A stretch of DNA of 64,000 nt from Alphaproteobacteria bacterium. Its GTDB lineage: Bacteria > Pseudomonadota > Alphaproteobacteria > RF32 > CAG-239. The notes under the pieces are model-generated. The model was given only the letters and a program-made list of their open reading frames with translations. It was not told the origin of the DNA and did not search any database. The DNA lies in NCBI GenBank assembly GCA_047975765.1, contig JBKEEF010000012.1:84824-148823 (forward strand), in the 5' to 3' direction. Below, piece by piece: positions 1 to 10,261 of this stretch; the first letter of the stretch is position 1; each line of letters begins with the position of its first letter. The translations under genes and the position numbers were made by a program.

Positions 1-28
1 ACCCCGACTTAAAAAGTCAGGGTTAAAT

Positions 29-104
29 TGGTGGGCGCTGAGAGGCTCGAACTCCCGACCCTCTCGGTGTAAACGAGATGCTCTACCAACTGAGCTAAGC
101 GCCC
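29..104 (-). tRNA. tRNA-Val (anticodon UAC)
   Basis: Reverse complement folds as a cloverleaf. Acceptor GGGCGCU/AGCGCCC, D-stem GCUC/GAGC, anticodon stem UCUCG/CGAGA with loop UUUACAC (anticodon UAC), T-stem GGGAG/CUCUC with T-loop UUCGAGC, discriminator A and an encoded CCA. Followed on the minus strand by hairpin CCCUGACUU/AAGUCGGGG that runs to the window edge. Confidence 0.85.
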
Positions 105-248
105 GCTTAACTGAGAGTGTTTATACAAAATTAAAAACAATAAATCAAGTAAAAAATTTAAAAAATATCACTTTTTTCAGCATAGACAAACTAACTCCTT
201 GTTTATATAACTAAAAAAGTTTAAATTCACTACAAACAAGGAAATAAA

Positions 249-1505
249 ATGAAGCATAAATATTCTGAAACAACAGTAGCATCTTATGGACAGAGAGTTA
301 AAGCAGGCTTTGTAACAAGCATTGTCGGTCTCGTTTTGTTTTGCCTCTCCTTTGTTGTTCTTTTTTTGAATGAAGGTTCTTATATCAAAACAAAGAAAAT
401 GCTTCAAACTGGGTTACAATCTGTTATATCAATTCCTTCTGATGAAATTGATATAAAAAACAATAAAGCTCTTGTTCACATTTCAAATATGGCTCATTCA
501 AATCAAATGCTTTCTGATGATGATTTTGGCATAAGTATATCAGGTATCAAACTCAAAAGAATCGTCAAAATGTATCAATGGAAAGAATATAAATCTCAAG
601 ACAGTAATGTGAATATGGGTGGAAGCGAAACAACGACAACGACCTATGAATATAAAAAAGTTTGGGAAAAAGATAGAATCGACTCCGATAATTTTAGAAT
701 GAATTCCTATACAAACCCCTATCCTCTTTTCTCATCTAATGAGAAAGTGAATTCGAATATTGAAGTTGGAGTTTTCACCATTTCTTCCAATCATATTAAT
801 CGTTTTAATGAATATATTGAATTTACGATGGAAATGAAAAAAAACACCCCTAAAGGCTTTGTAGTACATGAAAATTTTCTCACAAATTCAGAAGATATCA
901 CTGCCCCTAAAATTGGTGATATTAAAGTTTATTTTGAATATATTCCTCTACAAACCGTTAGTGTAATTGGAGCACAAGATAACAATCTAATTATTCCTTT
1001 TGCTACAGAATATGGTGACATTGTTATTTCTGATGAAGGTAGTGTTACAGCTTATGAAATGTTTAGCAACGAATTGAAGAGCAACCAAATAATCACTTGG
1101 ATTGTTCGTTTCGTTGGCTTTCTGATGATGTTTACTGGTTTGAGAATGTTGCTTGGGGTTATTGGTATTATCGTTTCTGTTTTACCTTTCATGCAAACAA
1201 CATTTGCTTTTATTTCAACACCTGTTGTTTTCTTATTTTCACTAGCTCTTTCCATTTTAACCATTGCTTTATCTTGGTTATTTTATCGTCCGCTGATTTC
1301 TGTTGCACTTTTTGTCGCAATCATCTTCATCTGGAAAAAGATGAAACAAGTTAAGGCTAAAAAAAAGCAAGAAATTGAAGAAGAAATTAAAAAAGAGAGT
1401 GCCTCACCAATTTCTCAAATTCTTGAAAATAGCTATAATGAACTGGAACAAAAAGCAACAGATACAAAAGATAAAATTGTTGGCATATTGAACAAATTTA
1501 AATAA
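249..1505 (+). CDS. hypothetical membrane protein (one N-terminal TM, large soluble domain, three C-terminal TMs; TMEM43/DUF1625-like topology)
   Basis: 418 aa ORF with a hydrophobic segment near the N-terminus and a cluster of TM helices near the C-terminus, ending in a Lys/Glu-rich tail. The family call rests on topology only. Confidence 0.5.
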   Translation: MKHKYSETTVASYGQRVKAGFVTSIVGLVLFCLSFVVLFLNEGSYIKTKKMLQTGLQSVISIPSDEIDIKNNKALVHISNMAHSNQMLSDDDFGISISGIKLKRIVKMYQWKEYKSQDSNVNMGGSETTTTTYEYKKVWEKDRIDSDNFRMNSYTNPYPLFSSNEKVNSNIEVGVFTISSNHINRFNEYIEFTMEMKKNTPKGFVVHENFLTNSEDITAPKIGDIKVYFEYIPLQTVSVIGAQDNNLIIPFATEYGDIVISDEGSVTAYEMFSNELKSNQIITWIVRFVGFLMMFTGLRMLLGVIGIIVSVLPFMQTTFAFISTPVVFLFSLALSILTIALSWLFYRPLISVALFVAIIFIWKKMKQVKAKKKQEIEEEIKKESASPISQILENSYNELEQKATDTKDKIVGILNKFK

Positions 1506-1507
1506 TT

Positions 1508-1535
1508 TAAAGGCTCCTTTCGGAGCCTTTTTTAT
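1508..1535. terminator. rho-independent terminator hairpin (bidirectional position between convergent genes)
   Basis: aaaGGCTCCtttcGGAGCCtttttt immediately after the stop of the 249..1505 gene. Confidence 0.6.
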
Positions 1536-1609
1536 ACTTCAAATTCCATACCATCATAAGAAAGACAGAAACCTTCTGGTAGTTTTGCTTCATCTCTCTC
1601 ATGGTCTAC

Positions 1610-2308
1610 CTAGCTGGAAATGTGATTCAAAATGACTTTTTTTGCTTTCAAAACCTTATTTATTTCAAAAATATGATAAAAGTCACTATGACTTCCTGTC
1701 GGACTTGCTTTATGAAAACCTTCATTCGCATTGATAAGTAACACATCTAAACCTTTAAGATTTTCCATTGCACTTGGTGATAAAATATTGAAATCCGGAA
1801 CATAAGCAAATGCCCCACATCTGAAAGCTGTTGGATTCAAAACACCATGTATCACTTCAAAAAACTTCACTTTTTCACCAGTAAAATCCACACTTCTACC
1901 ATCTTCAACAATTTCAAAATCAAGACGATCATGGGTTCTGTGGTTTTTGACAGGGTTAAATAAATCTGCAAATCTTTGAGTGATAATTTGATGTGTTTCC
2001 TGAGAAAGATAAGTCTTTATCCTATGGTCACTATCTAATCCAAACTCAAGTGTATCTGAAACCCCGTCTATGTGATCGCTATGACCATGGGTATAAAGCA
2101 ATGCATCAATCTTTGAGATGTTATATTTATTCATGTGATATCGGAAATCCGGACCAGTATCTATATAGAAATTCTTTGAGTTTATCTCGATTAGAATCGA
2201 ACTTCTTGTTCTTTTATTTTTTTCATTATTTGGATTTGCCTCTCCCCAAAAACTTCCTGCTTGAGGAATCCCTTTAGAACTCCCCGACCCCAATATTTTC
2301 ACCTTCAT
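1610..2308 (-). CDS. MBL-fold metallo-hydrolase, PhnP-like phosphodiesterase family
   Basis: 232 aa. THGHSDHIDG (HxHxDH) metallo-beta-lactamase motif. N-terminal KVKILGSGSSKGIP...WGE and C-terminal VILNHIS resemble PhnP. Confidence 0.7.
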   Translation of the reverse strand: MKVKILGSGSSKGIPQAGSFWGEANPNNEKNKRTRSSILIEINSKNFYIDTGPDFRYHMNKYNISKIDALLYTHGHSDHIDGVSDTLEFGLDSDHRIKTYLSQETHQIITQRFADLFNPVKNHRTHDRLDFEIVEDGRSVDFTGEKVKFFEVIHGVLNPTAFRCGAFAYVPDFNILSPSAMENLKGLDVLLINANEGFHKASPTGSHSDFYHIFEINKVLKAKKVILNHISS

Positions 2309-2406
2309 TTAATTTATACCTTAGTCTTTTGTTAACCAAATTAAGCCTATAATTAAACTAACAGATAATAATTATCACAATATTAACAACTACAAAGGAT
2401 TTTCTA

Positions 2407-2967
2407 ATGAAAAAAACTCTTCTTCTTGCGAGCATTGCCGCTTCTATTTTCGTGGCAGACGCCAAAGCTTTTGCTATTGAAGCAGATCCTTATGTCGGTT
2501 TCGACTATTCTTCAGCTAGATACACATATGGAAGCAAGTATAATGGGATGTTTAAAAAAGATTATAATGCTTTTGATTTTGTTGGGGGAATTAAGACAGA
2601 CTATTACTTTGGCTTAGAAGCTTTCTTACAAAGATCAAATCGTGAAACTCAATATTCTTCTTTTGGAAAATTTACAACAAATCATGTGGCCTTTGGTGCT
2701 GACTTGCTTGGTTATTTGCCAATTTATGAAGATTTAGACCTCATCGGTGGTGTAGGTTTAGGAAGTTATTACTTCAGAGCAAGAAATGCAACTGCATCAA
2801 ATTCTAACAAACACACTTATGGAACGCGTTTCACACTTGGTGCTCAATATAATCTTGATGAAAACTGGGGCATCAGAACAACATACCGTTATATCCAAAC
2901 AAGCCAATCAGACTTCTTCAAAAGAGGAAGTGAATATTCTGTTGGTATCAGATATACATTTAAATAA
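2407..2967 (+). CDS. small outer-membrane beta-barrel protein (OMP_b-brl / Omp25-Omp31-like)
   Basis: 186 aa. Signal peptide MKKTLLLASIAASIFVADAKA, alternating amphipathic strands, C-terminal YTF (terminal aromatic). Paralogous to 52375..52955. Confidence 0.65.
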   Translation: MKKTLLLASIAASIFVADAKAFAIEADPYVGFDYSSARYTYGSKYNGMFKKDYNAFDFVGGIKTDYYFGLEAFLQRSNRETQYSSFGKFTTNHVAFGADLLGYLPIYEDLDLIGGVGLGSYYFRARNATASNSNKHTYGTRFTLGAQYNLDENWGIRTTYRYIQTSQSDFFKRGSEYSVGIRYTFK

Positions 2968-2990
2968 GATAAAATTAATATAGATTTTAT

Positions 2991-3662
2991 TTACACATCT
3001 GTTTTGAGGGAAATACCAAATTCCCTCAAAATTTGTATGAGTTCAGCGACATAAAATTTTTCATGATAATCAAAAAAACCGTCTGAGGTGGCAATTTTCA
3101 TTGCTTCTTTTACCAATTTTAAAGCCTCTTCTGGTGTTTTAGACTGAATATTATTCAATGCACCATAAAAATCTTCCTCACTTGGATTGAGCGTTGAAAT
3201 ATAGTTTCTGATATAACTTTCACTCAAAATCTTAGCTTCAGGTTTAAGTGCAATGATATAATCCTCTATTGCCTTGATTTTAATTGGAAGGAGTTTTCCG
3301 TCACAAGTTGCAATAAAACTCAAAATGATAATATCATCTTGAAACTCTTTAAGAGAACGAGGAATGTTTTTATTTTCTTCTTTTGTTTCAGGTTGTTTCT
3401 CTGATTGACTATGTATAAATTCTTCAATCACTTCATGTGCATTTGCATAAATCTTATTGCTGTTTAGATTTGAAATGGAGCGAATATAAAACATATCCAA
3501 AACTTGAGATTTTTTTTTGGAATAGATATATAAATCAAAAAATGTAGATTCACCTTTTTTCCAGATATTTTTGATTGCAGCTTCTTCAATATGCATTCTG
3601 CCATTATCCAGAAAGCTAACTTTCATATTATAAAAAGGAAGGTCGGAATATTTCTGATTCAT
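2991..3662 (-). CDS. hypothetical protein with C-terminal TerB-like (tellurite-resistance TerB / DjlA-N-like) domain
   Basis: 223 aa. The C-terminal half (ILSFIATCDGKLLPIKIKAIEDYI ... KEAMKIATSDGFFDYHEKFYVAELIQIL) matches the TerB-fold pattern. The N-terminal half is unrecognised. Confidence 0.45.
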   Translation of the reverse strand: MNQKYSDLPFYNMKVSFLDNGRMHIEEAAIKNIWKKGESTFFDLYIYSKKKSQVLDMFYIRSISNLNSNKIYANAHEVIEEFIHSQSEKQPETKEENKNIPRSLKEFQDDIIILSFIATCDGKLLPIKIKAIEDYIIALKPEAKILSESYIRNYISTLNPSEEDFYGALNNIQSKTPEEALKLVKEAMKIATSDGFFDYHEKFYVAELIQILREFGISLKTDV

Positions 3663-3670
3663 GGCAATTC

Positions 3671-6600
3671 CTATAATAAATCGACAAGTTTGGCGATATA
3701 GTTCTTAATTGTTTCTACTCTGATTTTATAGCTTTCTAAATTTTTTTCAATAAATAGTTTTTGATCAGAGCGAACTTTCACAATACCAAACTGCTTAGAG
3801 ATGAAATCTATGAGTTTTTCAGGTTGCGCAAAAACATTATTTCTGAACATAACCAAAGCTCCTTTGGCTCCGGCATCAATTTTTTCAATATTTGCCATTT
3901 TGCAAAGTTGTTTGATTTCTACTGTTGTAAGCAAGTTTTCAACTTCTTCAGGAAGTTTGCCGAATCTGTCGACCAATTCTTCTTTCATATCCAAAATTTC
4001 TGCTTTGGTTTTCAAATCACCAATTCTTTTATAAAGCCCCAAACGAACACCTAAGTCTTGAACATAAGTTTCTGGAATCATAATCGGAATACCAATGTTT
4101 ATTTGTGGAATCCATTCAGCAACTTCTTCCTCTTTACCATAAGCTCCTGCTTTGATACGAGCAATTTCTTCTTCTAACATATGATGATAGAGAGCAATTC
4201 CTACTTCTTTGATATGTCCTGATTGTTCTTCTCCAAGAATATTCCCGCTTCCTCTGATGTCCATATCGTGACTGGCAAGCGAAAAACCTGCTCCCAAATT
4301 ATCAAGAGCTTTCAAGATATTCAATCTTCTTTCTGCAATCGGATTGATTTTCTTACGCTGAGAAACGGTGAAGTAGCAATATCCCCGAACTTTTGAACGA
4401 CCCACACGACCCTTGAGTTGATACAACTGAGCCAATCCAAACATATCTGCACGATAGATAATCATTGTGTTCACAGTTGGCATATCAATCCCAGATTCAA
4501 TGATTGTCGTTGAAAGAAGCAAGTCAAACTTTCCATCAGCAAAATCATTCATCACGTCTTCAAGATTTTTCACGGGCATTTGCCCATGAGCCACAGCGAT
4601 ACGGATATCAGGAACAAGTTCTTTGAGAATTTTCTCAACATAAAAAATATCAGACACACGAGGACAAACAAAAAATGTCTGACCATTTCTATGTTTTTCA
4701 CGATAAATGGCTTCCTTAACCATCACCGTATCAAATGGCATCACAAAACTTCTAGCTGCAAGTCTGTCTACTGGCGGGGTTGCAATCACACTCAGTTGTT
4801 TCACTCCCGTAAGTGAAAGTTGAAGTGTTCTAGGAATTGGTGTTGCTGTCATCGTCATCACATGAACATCAGATTTGAAAGCTTTCAATTTCTCTTTGTG
4901 AGCAACTCCAAAATGTTGTTCTTCATCAATAATTAAAAGTCCAAGATTGCAAAACTTCATATCTTGAGCCAGAAGAGCATGTGTTCCAATGACAATTTCA
5001 ATAGAACCTTCCGCTAAACCCTGTTTGACTTCTTTGGTTTCTTTAGGCGTCACAAGACGAGAAAGCATTTTAACTTTAATTGGAAAGCCTTCCATACGCT
5101 TTTTAAAATTATAATAGTGTTGACGAACAAGTAAAGTTGTTGGTGCAATAATTGCGACTTGAGCTCCATTTGAAGCCACCGCAAAAGCTGCACGCATCGC
5201 AACTTCTGTCTTTCCAAAACCAACATCCCCACAGATGAGTCTGTCCATCGGTGTTCCCGACCCTAAGTCGCTCAAAACATCATTAATTGCATTTAATTGG
5301 TCATCGGTTTCTTGATATGGAAAACCTGAACAAAATTCTTGATATAAACCGTCTCTTGGTAAAAAGGCTTCGCCTTTTCTGAGGGTTCTTTCCGCTGCAA
5401 TCTTTATCAATTTTTCTGCAATATCTCTGATTTTATTTTTAACTTTTGCTTTTTTGGCCTGCCAAGCAGAGCCCCCCAATGTGTCGAGCTGAACATTTTC
5501 ATTGTCCAAACCATAACGAGAAATGACATCAATATTTTCAACTGGCACAAAAAGTTTGGCATTTCCAGCATATTCAATTTTCACGCAGTCATGTGGTGCG
5601 CCACCTGCAACAACATTTTCAAGCCCAAGAAAACGTCCTACACCATGTTCAATATGAACAACCAATTCTCCAACAGCCAAAGCAGAAACATCGGCAATAA
5701 AATCTTTTGAACTTGCTTTTTTACGTTTGGTTTGTTGTCTTTTTCCTAAAATTTCTTCTTCAGAAATAATAACAAAACCCTCGCCTCTAAATCCTGTTGG
5801 TACAGATAAAACAATCAAAACTATCTTTTTTGAAGCTTTTTGCATTGCTTCTGCCCAAGTTTCCGCAAAAGTCAGATCATCAATGCCATTCTCACTCATC
5901 AAAGAAAATAGTTTTTCTCTGGAGCCTTCTGTTTGGCAACAAATAATTCTTTTAAACTTTCCATTTTCAGAAAGGTAATGATTCAAATCAATATACACCT
6001 GTGCAATGCTCTGGGCTTTAGCATTTGAGAAATCTCTCCCTGGTAAAACACCTTGCATTGTTGAAGGTTCAGAACTTGAAACATTCATATTTGTAAAAGT
6101 TACGGCACCTTTTTTTTGTGCAATTTCTTTGAATTCTTTCTCGCTCAGATAAAATAGCTCTGGCTTAATTGGGCGATAAGTATCGACTTGATTATCTTTT
6201 ACTTGAACTCCTTCTAAACGAGCCTGAAAATAGTCAATGATACTTTCTTCTTTAGACTTAATTGCACTACCGACTTCATTACCAATAATCACTTCTGCCC
6301 AAGGAAGATAATCGAAAAAGGTTGGGAGAGCATCTTCATAAAAGAGCGGAAGCCAGTTTTCAATACCCATATACTTTTGCCCACTGGAAATGGCTTCATA
6401 AATTTCATCTTTATTTGAGTTTAGCCCGAAAGTTTCACGATATTTAGAACGAAATGTTTTGATGGTATTTTCATCTAAAACCACCTCACCCATAACTTGA
6501 AATTCATATCTTTCTAAATTTCCTGTCGTCCTTTGCGAAATAGGATCAAAGGTGCGAATTTTCTCAACTTCATCATCAAAAATATCAATTCTTATTGGCT

Positions 6601-7129
6601 CAACTGAAGATGAAGGAAAAATGTCAAGAATATCTCCACGAACAGCATATTCGCCTCGTTCCATGACTTGTTCAACACGAACATAGCCATTGATTGCAGC
6701 ATAATGAAGAAAATTATTGAAATTGAGCTTTCCTCCAATTTTAACTTCTTGGATGGAATTGATAAAAATTTTCTTCGGTGGCAGTTTTTGCAAAACCGCA
6801 GAAACCGTTGTCACTATAATTCTAGGCTTTTTGGGTGTTGAATTAACAGCCAGTTCCGAAAGAGTCTCAATTCTCTGCCCCATAATATCCGCGTTCGGAG
6901 AAACTCGATCATAAGGCACTGTGTCCCAAGCTGGAAAAGGGAGAACTGTTACATCAGGATTGATATATTGTAGCAAATCAACCGTTTTATTCATTCGAAA
7001 ACCATCGCTAACAATATAAAGAAAATCTTTATCCGATTTTTTATATAATTCGGAAAGTAAAATAGCATCATAACCGTCGACTACTGAAGAAACAACCAAT
7101 CCTTTGATTTTATTTATATCGTTTAACAT
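3671..7129 (-). CDS. mfd: transcription-repair coupling factor Mfd
   Basis: 1152 aa. Superfamily-2 helicase motifs (GDVGFGKTEVA, DEEQHFGV), RecG-like wedge and TRG motif. Length matches Mfd. Confidence 0.95.
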   Translation of the reverse strand: MLNDINKIKGLVVSSVVDGYDAILLSELYKKSDKDFLYIVSDGFRMNKTVDLLQYINPDVTVLPFPAWDTVPYDRVSPNADIMGQRIETLSELAVNSTPKKPRIIVTTVSAVLQKLPPKKIFINSIQEVKIGGKLNFNNFLHYAAINGYVRVEQVMERGEYAVRGDILDIFPSSSVEPIRIDIFDDEVEKIRTFDPISQRTTGNLERYEFQVMGEVVLDENTIKTFRSKYRETFGLNSNKDEIYEAISSGQKYMGIENWLPLFYEDALPTFFDYLPWAEVIIGNEVGSAIKSKEESIIDYFQARLEGVQVKDNQVDTYRPIKPELFYLSEKEFKEIAQKKGAVTFTNMNVSSSEPSTMQGVLPGRDFSNAKAQSIAQVYIDLNHYLSENGKFKRIICCQTEGSREKLFSLMSENGIDDLTFAETWAEAMQKASKKIVLIVLSVPTGFRGEGFVIISEEEILGKRQQTKRKKASSKDFIADVSALAVGELVVHIEHGVGRFLGLENVVAGGAPHDCVKIEYAGNAKLFVPVENIDVISRYGLDNENVQLDTLGGSAWQAKKAKVKNKIRDIAEKLIKIAAERTLRKGEAFLPRDGLYQEFCSGFPYQETDDQLNAINDVLSDLGSGTPMDRLICGDVGFGKTEVAMRAAFAVASNGAQVAIIAPTTLLVRQHYYNFKKRMEGFPIKVKMLSRLVTPKETKEVKQGLAEGSIEIVIGTHALLAQDMKFCNLGLLIIDEEQHFGVAHKEKLKAFKSDVHVMTMTATPIPRTLQLSLTGVKQLSVIATPPVDRLAARSFVMPFDTVMVKEAIYREKHRNGQTFFVCPRVSDIFYVEKILKELVPDIRIAVAHGQMPVKNLEDVMNDFADGKFDLLLSTTIIESGIDMPTVNTMIIYRADMFGLAQLYQLKGRVGRSKVRGYCYFTVSQRKKINPIAERRLNILKALDNLGAGFSLASHDMDIRGSGNILGEEQSGHIKEVGIALYHHMLEEEIARIKAGAYGKEEEVAEWIPQINIGIPIMIPETYVQDLGVRLGLYKRIGDLKTKAEILDMKEELVDRFGKLPEEVENLLTTVEIKQLCKMANIEKIDAGAKGALVMFRNNVFAQPEKLIDFISKQFGIVKVRSDQKLFIEKNLESYKIRVETIKNYIAKLVDLL

Positions 7130-7135
7130 CTGATC

Positions 7136-7858
7136 CTAATCTTTTTCTAAAACTTGAATAACTTCATCTTGTGCTTTTTCTTTTTGAACAACATCTATCA
7201 ACATAATTTCATCTTTGTTTTGAAACTTGCAAAAAGCTGAGGCTCTTTGTTCTTTTTCAAAGACACTGCAAACTCTATCTTCTTTTTGATATTTTACTGT
7301 TTCAACAAAATTCTGTTTTTGATAAAAAGACTGAACAGTCTTTAGATTTATTCTCTTTACAAAAGCCTTATCAACATAAATTTTTCTCACAAGAATTGTC
7401 TTTTCTCTTCCTTGTTGCAATTTGATTTGTGAATATTGTTTTAAGAGTTTATCTCTGAGGCAATCTTGATTTTCCTCACCCTGTTCACATTCTCTTGAAA
7501 TCCAAGGCCTAAAACCACCTTCAACCAAACCGTATTGTGCCAATGCCAAGATAAAATCTTCATAGACAATTGTTTTTAACTGTCCTTTTTCTAAAACAAA
7601 CGCATACTTGAGTGTATTTCCACTTTCATCAGGAACAATATATTTCAAAACCTCAGTTTGACCTTCTTTTATCTCTTCTGAAGGTTTTCCAAAGGTTTCA
7701 ATTATTGCCTGTTTATTATAGTAGTTTGGTGGCAAGAAATTTATATTTTCTTCAAAATATTGAACAACATCTTGTTTCTTTTCAAGAGTCACATATTCAG
7801 GTGCTGACACGCAGCCCAAAAGACCAAATAAAAATATAAACAGCCCTAGTTTTTTCAT
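7136..7858 (-). CDS. hypothetical lipoprotein
   Basis: Start moved to the internal ATG at 7858 (MKKLGLFIFLFGLLGC lipobox). The ORF-track start at 7900 adds 14 residues ahead of the signal peptide. Confidence 0.55.
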   Translation of the reverse strand: MKKLGLFIFLFGLLGCVSAPEYVTLEKKQDVVQYFEENINFLPPNYYNKQAIIETFGKPSEEIKEGQTEVLKYIVPDESGNTLKYAFVLEKGQLKTIVYEDFILALAQYGLVEGGFRPWISRECEQGEENQDCLRDKLLKQYSQIKLQQGREKTILVRKIYVDKAFVKRINLKTVQSFYQKQNFVETVKYQKEDRVCSVFEKEQRASAFCKFQNKDEIMLIDVVQKEKAQDEVIQVLEKD

Positions 7859-7948
7859 CTCAACTTCCGCATAAAACATTAGTTTATTTACTTTGGGCAC
7901 ATCATATAGTATAAAAATGATAGGAGCAATAATTTTGATGAATAAAAA

Positions 7949-10030
7949 ATGAGACCAAGCCTTTTATTTCCCCTTTTTTCTTCAATCACCAACCTAGGAG
8001 GCATTGGTGAAAAAAACGCTAAGCTTGTTGAAAAAATGGCTGGAGGAAAAATTGTCGATTTACTTTGGCACTTGCCTTATAACATCATTGATCGTACTTA
8101 TTCCCCTGCACTTATTTATGCAGAAAGCGGAAAATTGATTACTGTCAAAGTCAAAATTTTAGAACATATTGAACCAAAAAGTAAAAAACAACCTTACAAG
8201 GTGATTGCAACGGACGGTACTGCAGAGATTGAACTTATTTTTTTCAAAGTATATGCACAAACTATTGCAAAGAATCTCCCTCTCTATGGTGAGAGAATTA
8301 TCTCAGGAAAAATTGAAAAGTATAATAATTCAATCCAGATGACCCACCCTGATTATATTGTTCCTGTTTCTCAAGAAAATCTTGTCTTAGGCTTTGAGCC
8401 TGTCTATTCCTTGACAGCTGGAATTTCCAATAAGTTTGCCAATAAAATTTGTAATGAAGCAATTAGCAGATGTCCAAAGATGCCTGAATGGGTGGAAGAA
8501 CATCATCAAAAAGCAATGAACTTTCCAAGCTTCAATCAAGCTTTATTAGAAGCACATAATCCAACCTCTTTAGCGGAAACAGAACCAACTAGTCTCTCAC
8601 ACCAACGCTTGGCTTATGATGAACTTTTGGCAAATCAACTCGCTCTAGCTATCGTGCGTCAACGTGTCAAAAAACAACTGGGTAACAAGCTTCAAGGCAA
8701 TGGTTTACTGCGAAAAAAGATATTAGATTTTCTCCCTTTCAAACTAACATCTTCTCAAGAAAAAGTTTTAAGAGAAATCTATGGAGATATGGCTGGAGAA
8801 TATAGAATGCACCGCCTCTTACAAGGAGATGTGGGTAGTGGAAAAACGATTGTGGCTTTTATGGCAATGCTCAATGCAGTTGAATGTGGGAAGCAAGCAA
8901 CAATTATGGCACCAACAGAAATTCTGGCAAAACAGCATTTAGAAACCTTAAAACCCCTCTGCGATGAAATTGGCATCAGAGTGGAACTGCTAACAGGAAG
9001 AGTTAAGGGTAAGGCTCGAAAAATGATTTTGGAAGACCTAGCCGAAGGAAAAATCGATATACTTGTTGGAACACACGCTCTTTTTGTTGAAGATGTTACT
9101 TTTGAATCTTTGAGCTTTGTTGTAATAGATGAGCAACATCGTTTTGGGGTTCATCAAAGATTAGGTTTGTCCAGTAAAGGAGATAAAACAGACATTTTAG
9201 TCATGACAGCAACTCCTATCCCAAGAACATTGGTTTTAACAGCTTATGGTGATATGGAATATTCTAAAATCGACCAATCTCCAGAAGGCAGAAAACCGAC
9301 AGAAACAAGGGTGATGCCTATCACGAAAGCAGACGAAATTATCTTTGCGCTTCAAAAACAAATCAAAGAAGGTAGAAGGGCTTACTGGGTTTGCCCTCTC
9401 GTGGAAGAAAGTGAAAAAGTTGACCTTGCTGCGGCAATTGGACGTTTTGAAATTTTGCAAAAATTCTTTGGCAAAGAGGTTGGACTTGTTCATGGTCGGA
9501 TGAAAGAAAAAGAAAAAGATGACGTTATGGAAAAATTTAAAAAGGGCGAAATAAAAGTCCTTGTTGCCACAACTGTTATTGAAGTTGGTGTCAATGTTCC
9601 TGAAGCAACCATTATGATTATTGAGCATGCTGAACGCTTTGGTCTAGCACAACTGCATCAACTCAGAGGAAGAGTTAAACGTGGCTATGAAGCCTCAAAC
9701 TGCATTCTGCTTTATGCTTATCCTCTTTCTGAAACTTCTAAGTCTCGACTTAATATTATGAGAGAAACGGAAGATGGATTTCTCATTGCAGAAGAAGATT
9801 TGAAACTTAGAGGTGGAGGAGAAATTCTTGGCACAAAGCAATCTGGTTTTTCAGAATTTAGAATTGCGGATATGAATGTTCATCAAAATTTGCTTTTGAC
9901 AGCGAATAAAGATGCAAAGATGATTTTGGAACTTGACCCTAATCTAAAAACGCCAAGAGGAGAGGCTTTAAGAACCTTGCTCTATCTTTTTGAAAAAGAT
10001 GATTCCGTTCGAACCTATCTTGCTGGATAG
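7949..10030 (+). CDS. recG: ATP-dependent DNA helicase RecG
   Basis: 693 aa. The N-terminal wedge region aligns with E. coli RecG. Helicase motifs GDVGSGKT, DEQHRFGV, TATPIPRT. Length is identical to E. coli RecG. Confidence 0.95.
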   Translation: MRPSLLFPLFSSITNLGGIGEKNAKLVEKMAGGKIVDLLWHLPYNIIDRTYSPALIYAESGKLITVKVKILEHIEPKSKKQPYKVIATDGTAEIELIFFKVYAQTIAKNLPLYGERIISGKIEKYNNSIQMTHPDYIVPVSQENLVLGFEPVYSLTAGISNKFANKICNEAISRCPKMPEWVEEHHQKAMNFPSFNQALLEAHNPTSLAETEPTSLSHQRLAYDELLANQLALAIVRQRVKKQLGNKLQGNGLLRKKILDFLPFKLTSSQEKVLREIYGDMAGEYRMHRLLQGDVGSGKTIVAFMAMLNAVECGKQATIMAPTEILAKQHLETLKPLCDEIGIRVELLTGRVKGKARKMILEDLAEGKIDILVGTHALFVEDVTFESLSFVVIDEQHRFGVHQRLGLSSKGDKTDILVMTATPIPRTLVLTAYGDMEYSKIDQSPEGRKPTETRVMPITKADEIIFALQKQIKEGRRAYWVCPLVEESEKVDLAAAIGRFEILQKFFGKEVGLVHGRMKEKEKDDVMEKFKKGEIKVLVATTVIEVGVNVPEATIMIIEHAERFGLAQLHQLRGRVKRGYEASNCILLYAYPLSETSKSRLNIMRETEDGFLIAEEDLKLRGGGEILGTKQSGFSEFRIADMNVHQNLLLTANKDAKMILELDPNLKTPRGEALRTLLYLFEKDDSVRTYLAG

Positions 10031-10110
10031 TATGTTTTTTATTCTTAAATACTTATATAAAACACTCCCTTTCCTATCATTCCCACCATATAACCTGTCA
10101 AGGATAGACT

Positions 10111-10210
10111 GAGGATGACAGAAAAAAGAACCAGAGGATGACTAAGATAAAAAGAGTGAATATAACAATAAAAAACACTTAAGCATGACTAAAAAATAAG
10201 AGTGAACATA
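10111..10210. repeat. imperfect direct repeats in the recG/aas intergenic region
   Basis: gaggatgaca (10111-10120) and gaggatgactaag (10134-10146). About 28 nt units gatgactaagataaaaagagtgaatata (10137-10164) and catgactaaaaaataagagtgaacata (10184-10210). Confidence 0.35.
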
Positions 10211-10216
10211 CTCAAA

Positions 10217-10248
10217 GAAAAAGCTCCCAAATTTCAGGAGCTTTTTTT
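10217..10248. terminator. bidirectional rho-independent terminator (recG / aas convergent)
   Basis: aaaaAGCTCCcaaatttcaGGAGCTttttttt. Confidence 0.7.
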
Positions 10249-10261
10249 GACTTATTGAAGT

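Noticed and set aside
1-250. tRNA-Val as an integration site for a genomic island or prophage
   Set aside because: No integrase, excisionase, phage or transposase genes follow. Adjacent genes are ordinary membrane and hydrolase genes, and no direct repeat of the tRNA 3' end was seen.
3761-4054. Numerous 60-176-aa antisense or out-of-frame ORFs inside mfd, recG, aas, A2M, pbpC, LplT-Aas and others (for example 3761..4054, 9236..9628, 10720..11142, 43547..44004, 62682..63212)
   Set aside because: Fully embedded in long, motif-rich genes on the opposite strand or in another frame. They have no RBS and low-complexity composition, as expected for chance ORFs in AT-rich DNA.
10111-10210. CRISPR array
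   Set aside because: Only two to three imperfect repeat copies with irregular spacing and no cas genes anywhere in the window.
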